Assembly: GCA_964016885.1 (NCBI GenBank)
Contig: OZ024761.1
Span: 18,848,001-18,912,000 of the forward strand
From: Eledone cirrhosa
Lineage: Eukaryota
Direction of reading: 5' to 3'
Length of the DNA: 64,000 bases
Made by a program: the position numbers and the translations under genes. How positions within the stretch are numbered: position 1 is the stretch's first letter; each line of letters opens with the position of its first letter. This document shows, piece after piece, positions 52,336 through 64,000 of this stretch. The notes beneath the pieces are model-generated. The model was not told where the DNA came from. It searched no databases and saw only the letters and a program-made list of their open reading frames with translations.

Positions 52336-55300
52336 TATTTATATGTACACACACACACACACATATATACTGTGCCAATCTATTGAGTACATTGTATTTA
52401 TTGTGGTTTCTCTCCGACGCGACCTGTGAATCTACACACACACATATATATATATTTATTTATATATATATATATATTAGAAGAGGTAAAACGAGTCGCA
52501 CCCAAAGTACGACATTTGGCTGTTTCTAGCAGGTTTAGAATTTACTATTTTCCAAACAGAATTCTGTTTTACACCCCCTCACTCTAAACTCGATTTCAAA
52601 TTACCGGGTAGTTTGTTGAAGCACGGTTCAACTGAAATATCTACACCGGTAACTTAATTAGTGTTACACCGGTATACCTGAGGCATAAACTATTTGGCAT
52701 TCTTCGAAGGAGGTACTGGTTTTTTCGCTGTCTTAAATGGTGTATATACGCACACACATAAATTAATGTTTATCTCTGTACAAAGAGATTAACATCATTT
52801 CTTAAATTATTATTTAGGGTTTTACAACAAAACGTATTGTATGTGTAATTATACATACATTGAATTTAAGTATTTATTTTTTAATTTTACATACATTTTA
52901 GTAGTATATATATATATATATTCATTTGTGTGTGCGTTAATTTCGTGGGTAACTGCAGTTAACGTTCGTCTCGTGTTGGGTTTTATTACAGAGTTAAAGT
53001 GACTGTAGAGTGTGAATAAAAAAAGTAAGAAAGATCGAAAACACTGTTGCTGTATATATATACATATAAATTTTATTGGCACATTAAAATTGTTTCAATA
53101 TTGATAGTTCGGAGTACAATCATAATATGTATATATTTTTCACATGAAATCAATATTCAAACTGACCCCAGTGTGTTTATTTTAAAGCGACGAAATTCTA
53201 CCTCCCAGGGATTTGAACACAGTTTCATGTTACTGGGTGGTACGATGAAGCAGAGAGAGAGTATAAAATCGCTACACTGGTGGCATATTTAGTGTTTCAC
53301 CGGTTTTCTTATAACAACACACTGGATACGACGTGCATGAGAGAGGTAAAGTTTTATTTGTCTTCCGTGTTAGAGTATAACTGTAGTTTGACTTGTTAAA
53401 TTTATAGTATATGTTTGTTATATATATTCTTAACTATGCAATGATAGCATCTCAGTCACTAATTTCATCTCTTTGGAGGTTACTGCTCTGATGTCATCTC
53501 TTCCACTAAGACACTCTCCATAGCCTTGCCTCTCCTCGTAACATCACCCAAAGTTGTATCAATCTCCACCAAGCCAACACTTCTCATTATCTCTAAGAAA
53601 GCCACCTTAAGCAAGTGTTTCGACGTGTGTGTGTGTAGAATAAACGCAAGGTTTGACGAAACAAGAAAATAAAAAATATTCCTTCTAATATATATATCTT
53701 GTACATTGTATTATATTAAGGTGTTTCTGTAAATTAAAAACAATGAAAGTGACACCTAAATTTAACGTCACTTTGATATTAACAGACATTCTTCATCTTC
53801 ATAGTAAGTTCAATCAAGGGTTTACTACTTGGTGTATTTATGTGTCTTTGTCTCATCTCCAAATAAAGTTTTAAATGGTATGGCAACGTGTTGAAGTGAA
53901 TCACGTTTATTTATATGCTGACTGTGTTACGACTAGAAAGAGAAAAATAAAGCTTTAAATGGTATGACTACGTGTTCAAATCAAGCAAATTCCTTACAGT
54001 GTGAGGATAAAAAAAGTTAATGTTTTAAGTTGATTCGAAATCCAACCACGGCATTCCCCAGTCCTATGTCTTACCACTAGACTATAAAGACTTAAGTGAT
54101 TTTCTTTTGAATATTTACATATATAAACTTATTTTTAGTCTAACAATAAAATAGCTTTAAATGTGTTTATTTTCACTCCGTATTTGTTGGTCTGTAGGTA
54201 GCCGTGTGGATAGTTGTGGTGTATCTATGCATCAATTCAGTGTGTATAGATTTGGAGATAGGGTTTCGATCTTCTACTTTATCTTAAATATAAAACATTT
54301 TTATTTTTTTTATTTTAAATATTGGTCTCTATCTTCTGGGATACCCGGGGCCACGATCATCTCGAAGCCACCCTTCTAGTTCCCCCTCCGCTCGAACCTA
54401 CACTACCACCACTTTACCAGACGCCCGCCAAGCGGCCGTAATTCTACTGTGCAAATTTCATATATTTAAATCTATTTTAGCATTTCTTTAATAAAGAACT
54501 ACATACGATGTTTGACATAATTGAAAAGAGAAAAATATTCTTTTACTATTTCATAAGCTCTGGCAGGTATCGAACACCTCATATTTTACTTACGTCAAAA
54601 ACGCAAACATGTATATATAATAATAATTTTTTGATAACTTTACAGTGACAAAATACATACATCGATAGGGTTTCCAATCTCAGAAATATCTCCACTAGAG
54701 ATGTGTGTGTGTGTGTATATATCTTTATTATTCCTTTGAAAAGTAGTTTTAATTAAACATTTTTATATATTTCACTATTTCCAAAGTCCTGGCAGATATT
54801 GCAACTCCATCTGTAGATCCATTTAAATACATTGTATTTGACTTACATGAAATTAAATATATAATTTGTTTTTAAATTTTGTTTTCATGTACCAAAATAT
54901 AAACAAATTCGTAAGGTTTTCAGTCTCTTAAATGCATGGTTGTTATAGACACTTAACTGTTGTTGTAGGACTGTCGTATTTACCGTCATGTGTACATTTA
55001 AATCTGACTGAGTCAATCCTCCCATCCTCCTGGTCTAAAAACAGCCTATTTATTTTACAGGAGAGAAAGCGAGATACCTTTCTTATGCCTTTAAACGTTA
55101 ATTTTGCACTTGACTTAAAATTCTTTCCCCTTCCCTTTAGATTGAATAAACAAAAATATTTCACGTCTACACTTATATTCAACATAACTCATGTCAGTCT
55201 TCACAAGTTTTTGCTACATCTGATTCAAGCTGTTATGGCTTTGGGAGGAAAGTAATCACAAAGTAAAGTATCCAGCTAAGAATTTATTCCGTAGTACGTG

Positions 55301-57467
55301 TCATAAGAAAGATTTGTAGTTCTAAGAAACCTAACAAATATATTTCAAATTTATCGGCAATTAAACAAAACTTAAAAATAAGCAATACTAAAGCCACAAA
55401 CGTTTTTCTATCTACGTCTCTCCTGAAGAAAAAACAAAAACAAAACCGCTCGAATCATTACGAGGAGTGTAAACAGAAGAATATAGCTAATAAACAATTA
55501 ATTTATGTATATGCATGTATGTATTGTGTGTAAACATACTGTAAGACAGACAGGCTCTAAGGAAAACATAACATTACCGTTTCTGAACACATTTCAGAGT
55601 CATACTAACTAAATCTATTTTAGCATTTATTTAATAAAGAACAACTCATGGTATTTGACATAAATAAAGAAAAAAAAATTGTTTTACTATTTCATAAGCT
55701 CTGACAGATATTGAAATCCTATCTCTAGATTCGTTTAAATACATTATATTGGACTTACTTGAATTAAAACTGATGAAATTATTTAAAAAACTTTTGTACC
55801 AAAATAAAAATACACTATCAAGGTTTTTAGTCTCATAAATGCGTGGTGCTTATAGACATTTAACTGTTGTTGTAGGGGTGCCGTAATTACCATCATGTGG
55901 GCATTTAAACCTGACTGAGTCAATCCTCCCCTCCTCCAGGTCTAAAAACAGCTGATTTATTTTGCCAGAGAGAAAGAGAAATACTTTTCTTGTCTTTAAA
56001 CGTTAATTTTGCACTTTACTTATAATTCCTTTTTCTTCTGTTATGTTGAATATAATTGTTGAGGTTTGTTCAATCTAACTCATATTAATCTCCACACTCA
56101 AGTACCTGTTTTTACTATATCTGCTTCAAGCTGTTATAGGTGGGATAAGGCAGTACAACCCAAAATAAAATGTCAATTTAAGGATTCACTCATAGAAAGT
56201 GTCAAAAGAAGGGACACTGATATAAGGTTTGTAGGCCTTAGCAACCTAAGAAATAGATTTTAAAGTTATCGGCAGTTAAACAAAACTTATAAATAGGCAA
56301 TAATTTAGACAATTCAGTAGACCACTCAACTTTATTAATAATCAGAAAACAAGGCCACTTATTGACAATAGACCAGACAAAACATTTAACAAGAATTACT
56401 ACAACGATGGTGCGAGAAGATCGTGGTTTCTAAATCAGAGAATGTTTCTTTAACAAACACAAGTATATAAAAAGTAGAGGGGATATTGACAGTGCATAGA
56501 ACTAGGAAATAACTTCTATCAAATAGATTTTCTAGTGGCTAGGAACTTAGTATCTCCAGTTATAATTGCGTTACACATGTTCAGTAAGTATTTTTCTATT
56601 GAAATCAAACTTAAAGGTATACTAAAGTCACAGACGTTTTCATATATATGTTTCATCCAAAGTAAAAAACGTAAGAATTATTACAAGCAGTGTAAACACG
56701 AATTAAAGGTAATAAATGTACCAAGAAGGCTACCTCAAGATTTGCAATTCATTCAAGAAGAAATCAAACTTAAGCATATGTCGACGACATAATTATGGCT
56801 AGAGAGGACATGAAGAATCTACAACTAGGTGGAAGACAAGAGAAACGACCATACTACCTGAAATATTATATATTATGATAGTAATTATTTCTTATACTGT
56901 CATGTTTTTTCTTTAAAACGTTTGCATCTCAATAAAGTGGAGAAAACTATTATATATTGTTGTTATATCATTATACTTTAGTTTAAACTTATTTCTATCT
57001 CTTCACATTAGAAAGAATAAAAACTTAGTAAAATCCTATATGTGTATAAATATAATATATGTAAGTGTGTTTGTAAGTATATAATAATAATATGCATGTT
57101 GACAAAGAGTTGTAAAAACCAAGCAAGTCAACCTACAGTTCTACACTAACAGAGACGGCATAGAAAACGTTACCTCTTACAAGCGAATGCGAAAAGAGAT
57201 TGTTTCAAAAATACCGGTGTAACACTAAATATATTACCGGTGCAACTATTTCAGTTTACCCTTTTATAAACTCACTCCAGTCATTTCAAATCGTGTTCAG
57301 AGTACCGGCAGTAAGAAAAAAATAAAGCGTTTGCGAAGTTTCTAAATCTGCTAAAAATGACAGCTAAATCTCTCACTCTGTCTCCAATGTGTAATAAACC
57401 GTGACTCATAGAAATATATATATTTGTATGTATGTGTGTATAAATATATATGTATATACCTAAGAAT

Positions 57468-57501
<34 letters not shown>

Positions 57502-57953
57502 CTATGTATATATATATATGTATACATACATGCATATATATATATGTATATATATGTATACATATATACATACATGCATATATATATATACATGTGTGTC
57601 TATATATATATATATGTACATATATGTATAAATATGTATATATATTAGTGTATATATATATTGCAATGTATATGCATACTCGTATAATTATACTGTATAT
57701 TATTAGTCGATATATTCATATACAATTACCCCTCCCCCGGCATTCGTGGGGTTTACAGTCCTAGAGAACCCGAGAACAGTGAAAAACCGCGAATATTGTA
57801 GGTGGTCCATAGAAATGCCTATAAACCTCAAAATACAACGTAAAATATAATAAAAATCGAGTGAGCGTCTTATGCGTCCAATAGGCCAACAAATACAATA
57901 TATTGTTGTTAATAATCTAGCGTTAAAACAATATATATTGTCACAAAAAAGGC

Positions 57954-57985
<32 letters not shown>

Positions 57986-58370
57986 TGTTTTGACTGCTAT
58001 TTCCAGTATACACTAGAAAAAACCGGAAATGGAGAAAATTGAAAAACTTCTTCTTTTTCCCCCCTCTAACTTTTCGAACAAAAGAAAATTTTATGTAAAC
58101 AAAAACGAAATTTTTGCCAAGAAGGATAACTCTTCTCTGACTTAAATCCAAAATTGGGATACAAAAAAATTGCGGAATTTATTTTGTATCCCAATTTTGG
58201 ATTTAAGTCAGAGAAGAGTTATCTTTCTTGGCAAAAATTTCGTTTTTGTTTACATAAAATTTCCTTTTGTTTGAAAAGTTAGAGGAGGGAAAAAGAAGAA
58301 GTTTTTCAATTTTCTACCCTTCCGGTTTTTCTTTTTTATGCTAGAAAGAACAGTGAAAGTAATATATATG

Positions 58371-58446
<76 letters not shown>

Positions 58447-58582
58447 ACACACACACATATATATATATATATAGAAATAAACACACAGATATATATATAT
58501 ACACACATATATATCTATATATGTGTGTATGTATACATATGTTTATGTATATATATAAGTATTTATATGTATATATACATTT

Positions 58583-58641
<59 letters not shown>

Positions 58642-61600
58642 TATTTATATGTACACACACACACACACATATATACTGTGCCAATCTATTGAGTACATTG
58701 TATTTATTGTGGTTTCTCTCCGACGCGACCTGTGAATCTACACACACACATATATATATATTTATTTATATATATATATATATTAGAAGAGGTAAAACGA
58801 GTCGCACCCAAAGTACGACATTTGGCTGTTTCTAGCAGGTTTAGAATTTACCATTTTCCAAACAGAATTCTGTTTTACACCCCCTCACTCTAAACTCGAT
58901 TTCAAATTACCGGGTAGTTTGTTGAAGCACGGTTCAACTGAAATATCTACACCGGTAACTTAATTAGTGTTACACCGGTATACCTGAGGCATAAACTATT
59001 TGGCATTCTTCGAAGGAGGTACTGGTTTTTTCGCTGTCTTAAATGGTGTATATACGCACACACATAAATTAATGTTTATCTCTGTACAAAGAGATTAACA
59101 TCATTTCTTAAATTATTATTTAGGGTTTTACAACAAAACGTATTGTATGTGTAATTATACATACATTGAATTTAAGTATTTATTTTTTAATTTTACATAC
59201 ATTTTAGTAGTATATATATATATATTCATTTGTGTGTGCGTTAATTTCGTGGGTAACTGCAGTTAACGTTCGTCTCGTGTTGGGTTTTATTACAGAGTTA
59301 AAGTGACTGTAGAGTGTGAATAAAAAAAGTAAGAAAGATCGAAAACACTGTTGCTGTATATATATATATAAATTTTATTGGCACATTAAAATTGTTTCAA
59401 TATTGATAGTTCGGAGTACAATCATAATATGTATATATTTTTCACATGAAATCAATATTCAAACTGACCCCAGTGTGTTTATTTTAAAGCGACGAAATTC
59501 TACCTCCCAGGGATTTGAACACAGTTTCATGTTACTGGGTGGTACGATGAAGCAGAGAGAGAGTATAAAATCGCTACACTGGTGGCATATTTAGTGTTTC
59601 ACCGGTTTTCTTATAACAACACACTGGATACGACGTGCATGAGAGAGGTAAAGTTTTATTTGTCTTCCGTGTTAGAGTATAACTGTAGTTTGACTTGTTA
59701 AATTTATAGTATATGTTTGTTATATATATTCTTAACTATGCAATGATAGCATCTCGGTCACTAATTTCATCTCTTTGGAGGTTACTGCTCTGATGTCATC
59801 TCTTCCACTAAGACACTCTCCATAGCCTTGCCTCTCCTCGTAACATCACCCAAAGTTGTATCAATCTCCACCAAGCCAACACTTCTCATTATCTCTAAGA
59901 AAGCCACCTTAAGCAAGTGTTTCGACGTGTGTGTGTGTGTAGAATAAACGCAAGGTTTGACGAAACAAGAAAATAAAAAATATTCCTTCTAATATATATA
60001 TCTTGTACATTGTATTATATTAAGGTGTTTCTGTAAATTAAAAACAATGAAAGTGACCCCTAAATTTAACGTCACTTTGATATTAACAGACATTCTTCAT
60101 CTTCATAGTAAGTTCAATCAAGGGTTTACTACTTGGTGTATTTATGTGTCTTTGTCTCATCTCCAAATAAAGTTTTAAATGGTATGGCAACGTGTTGAAG
60201 TGAATCACGTTTATTTATATGCTGACTGTGTTACGACTAGAAAGAGAAAAATAAAGCTTTAAATGGTATGACTACGTGTTCAAATCAAGCAAATTCCTTA
60301 CAGTGTGAGGATAAAAAAAGTTAATGTTTTAAGTTGATTCGAAATCCAACTACGGCATTCCCCAGTTCTATGTCTTACCACTAGACTATAAAGACTTAAG
60401 TGATTTTCTTTTGAATATTTACATATATAAACTTATTTTTAGTCTAATAATAAAATAGCTTTAAATGTGTTTATTTTCACTCCGTATTTGTTGGTTTGTA
60501 GGTGGCCGTGTGGGTAGTTGTGGTGTATCTATGCATCAATTCATTGTGTATAGATTTGGAGATAGGGTTTCGATCTTCTACTTTATCTTAAATATAAAAC
60601 ATTTTAATTTTTTTTATTTTAAAGATTGGTCTCTATCTTCTGGGCTACCCGGAACCACGATCATCTCGAAGCCACCCTTTTAGTTCCCCCTCCGCTCGAA
60701 CCTACACTACCACCACTTTACCAGACGCCCGCAAAGCGGCCGTAACTCTACTGGGCAAATTTCATATATTTAAATCTATTTTAGCATTTCTTTAATAAAG
60801 AACCACATACGATGTTTGACATAATTGAAAAGAGAAAAATATTCTTTTACTATTTCATAAGCTCTGGCAGGTATCGAACACCTCATATTTTACTTACGTC
60901 AAAAACGCAAACATGTATATATAATAATAATTTTTTGATAACTTTACAGTGACAAAATACATACATCGATAGGGTTTCCAATCTCAGAAATATCTCCACT
61001 ATAGATGTGTGTGTGTGTGTATATATCTTTATTATTCCTTTGAAAAGTAGTTTTAATTAAACATTTTTATATATTTCACTATTTCCAAAGTCCTGGCAGA
61101 TATTGCAACTCCATCTGTAGATCCATTTAAATACATTGTATTTGACTTACATGAAATTAAATATATAATTTGTTTTTAAATTTTGTTTTCATGTACCAAA
61201 ATATAAACAAATTCGTAAGGTTTTCAGTCTCTTAAATGCATGGTTGTTATAGACACTTAACTGTTGTTGTAGGACTGTCGTATTTACCGTCATGTGTACA
61301 TTTAAATCTGACTGAGTCAATCCTCCCATCCTCCTGGTCTAAAAACAGCCTATTTATTTTACAGGAGAGAAAGCGAGATACCTTTCTTATGCCTTTAAAC
61401 GTTAATTTTGCACTTGACTTAAAATTCTTTCCCCTTCCCTTTAGATTGAATAAACAAAAATATTTCACGTCTACACTTATATTCAACATAACTCATGTCA
61501 GTCTTCACAAGTTTTTGCTACATCTGATTCAAGCTGTTATGGCTTTGGGAGGAAAGTAATCACAAAGTAAAGTATCCAGCTAAGAATTTATTCCGTAGTA

Positions 61601-64000
61601 CGTGTCATAAGAAAGATTTGTAGTTCTAAGAAACCTAACAAATATATTTCAAATTTATCGGCAATTAAACAAAACTTAAAAATAAGCAATACTAAAGCCA
61701 CAAACGTTTTTCTATCTACGTCTCTCCTGAAGAAAAAACAAAAACAAAACCGCTCGAATCATTACGAGGAGTGTAAACAGAAGAATATAGCTAATAAACA
61801 ATTAATTTATGTATATGTATTGTGTGTAAACATACTGTAAGACAGACAGGCTCTAAGGAAAACATAACATTACCGTTTCTGAACACATTTCAGAGTCATA
61901 CTAACTAAATCTATTTTAGCATTTATTTAATAAAGAACAACTCATGGTATTTGACATAAATAAAGAAAAAAAAATTGTTTTACTATTTCATAAGCTCTGA
62001 CAGATATTGAAATCCTATCTCTAGATTCGTTTAAATACATTATATTGGACTTACTTGAATTAAAACTGATGAAATTATTTAAAAAACTTTTGTACCAAAA
62101 TAAAAATACACTATCAAGGTTTTTAGTCTCATAAATGCGTGGTGCTTATAGACATTTAACTGTTGTTGTAGGGGTGCCGTAATTACCATCATGTGGGCAT
62201 TTAAACCTGACTAAGTCAATCCTCCCCTCCTCCAGGTCTAAAAACAGCTGATTTATTTTGCCAGAGAGAAAGAGAAATACTTTTCTTGTCTTTAAACGTT
62301 AATTTTGCACTTTACTTATAATTCCTTTTTCTTCTGTTATGTTGAATATAATTGTTGAGGTTTGTTCAATCTAACTCATATTAATCTCCACACTCAAGTA
62401 CCTGTTTTTACTATATCTGCTTCAAGCTGTTATAGGTGGGATAAGGCAGTACAACCCAAAATAAAATGTCAATTTAAGGATTCACTCATAGAAAGTGTCA
62501 AAAGAAGGGACACTGATATAAGGTTTGTAGGCCTTAGCAACCTAAGAAATAGATTTTAAAGTTATCGGCAGTTAAACAAAACTTATAAATAGGCAATAAT
62601 TTAGACAATTCAGTAGACCACTCAACTTTATTAATAATCAGAAAACAAGGCCACTTATTGACAATAGACCAGACAAAACATTTAACAAGAATTACTACAA
62701 CGATGGTGCGAGAAGATCGTGGTTTCTAAATCAGAGAATGTTTCTTTAACAAACACAAGTATATAAAAAGTAGAGGGGATATTGACAGTGCATAGAACTA
62801 GGAAATAACTTCTATCAAATAGATTTTCTAGTGGCTAGGAACTTAGTATCTCCAGTTATAATTGCGTTACACATGTTCAGTAAGTATTTTTCTATTGAAA
62901 TCAAACTTAAAGGTATACTAAAGTCACAGACGTTTTCATATATATGTTTCATCCAAAGTAAAAAACGTAAGAATTATTACAAGCAGTGTAAACACGAATT
63001 AAAGGTAATAAATGTACCAAGAAGGCTACCTCAAGATTTGCAATTCATTCAAGAAGAAATCAAACTTAAGCATATGTCGACGACATAATTATGGCTAGAG
63101 AGGACATGAAGAATCTACAACTAGGTGGAAGACAAGAGAAACGACCATACTACCTGAAATATTATATATTATGATAGTAATTATTTCTTATACTGTCATG
63201 TTTTTTCTTTAAAACGTTTGCATCTCAATAAAGTGGAGAAAACTATTATATATTGTTGTTATATCATTATACTTTAGTTTAAACTTATTTCTATCTCTTC
63301 ACATTAGAAAGAATAAAAACTTAGTAAAATCCTATATGTGTATAAATATAATATATGTAAGTGTGTTTGTAAGTATATAATAATAATATGCATGTTGACA
63401 AAGAGTTGTAAAAACCAAGCAAGTCAACCTACAGTTCTACACTAACAGAGACGGCATAGAAAACGTTACCTCTTACAAGCGAATGCGAAAAGAGATTGTT
63501 TCAAAAATACCGGTGTAACACTAAATATATTACCGGTGCAACTATTTCAGTTTACCCTTTTATAAACTCACTCCAGTCATTTCAAATCGTGTTCAGAGTA
63601 CCGGCAGTAAGAAAAAAATAAAGCGTTTGCGAAGTTTCTAAATCTGCTAAAAATGACAGCTAAATCTCTCACTCTGTCTCCAATGTGTAATAAACCGTGA
63701 CTCATAGAAATATATATATTTGTATGTATGTGTGTATAAATATATATGTATATACCTAAGAATGTACACACACACACACACACACACACACATGTCTATG
63801 TATATATATATATGTATACATACATGCATATATATATATGTATATATATGTATACATATATACATACATGCATATATATATATACATGTGTGTCTATATA
63901 TATATATATGTACATATATGTATAAATATGTATATATATTAGTGTATATATATATTGCAATGTATATGCATACTCGTATAATTATACTGTATATTATTAG

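Larger units (their letters stand above)
20406..64000. repeat. Macrosatellite: head-to-tail tandem array of ~6.24-6.31 kb units, ~7 copies, running off the window end
   Basis: An identical 107-aa ORF recurs at 23570, 29810, 36057, 42363, 48645, 54932 and 61236; hairpin apices at 20506, 26806, 33048, 39297, 45596, 51876 and 58172. Confidence 0.97.

Noticed and set aside
20406-64000. rDNA, histone, 5S, U snRNA or spliced-leader array
   Set aside because: No matching conserved sequence recognised on either strand by eye; an Rfam scan would be decisive.

Overview
AT-rich, microsatellite-dense eukaryotic genomic DNA. The SINE families and (TA)/(CA) landscape resemble a coleoid cephalopod such as Octopus (inference). 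The window has two parts. (1) 1-~19 kb holds the 3' ten exons (436-13838, + strand, GT-AG introns, 2565 nt = 854 aa + stop) of a gene encoding a coiled-coil plus Ser/Pro/His-rich protein whose C-terminus resembles kinesin-6 KIF20B/MPHOSPH1. Its introns and 3' flank contain SINEs, MITEs, minisatellites, a Helitron-end-like tandem array, and about nine type I hammerhead-ribozyme-like motifs in Penelope-like fragments inserted in (TA)n tracts. (2) ~19.4 kb to the window end is a macrosatellite of ~6.24-6.31 kb units (one truncated, diverged copy plus ~7 near-identical copies, continuing past the edge). Each unit has a long near-perfect hairpin, two convergent Pol III-like (A/B-box) cassettes, three diverged copies of a ~230-bp module, a ~1.1-kb internal duplication and LINE/Tigger remnants, but no convincing intact gene. 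All assignments come from manual reading; no database searches were run.
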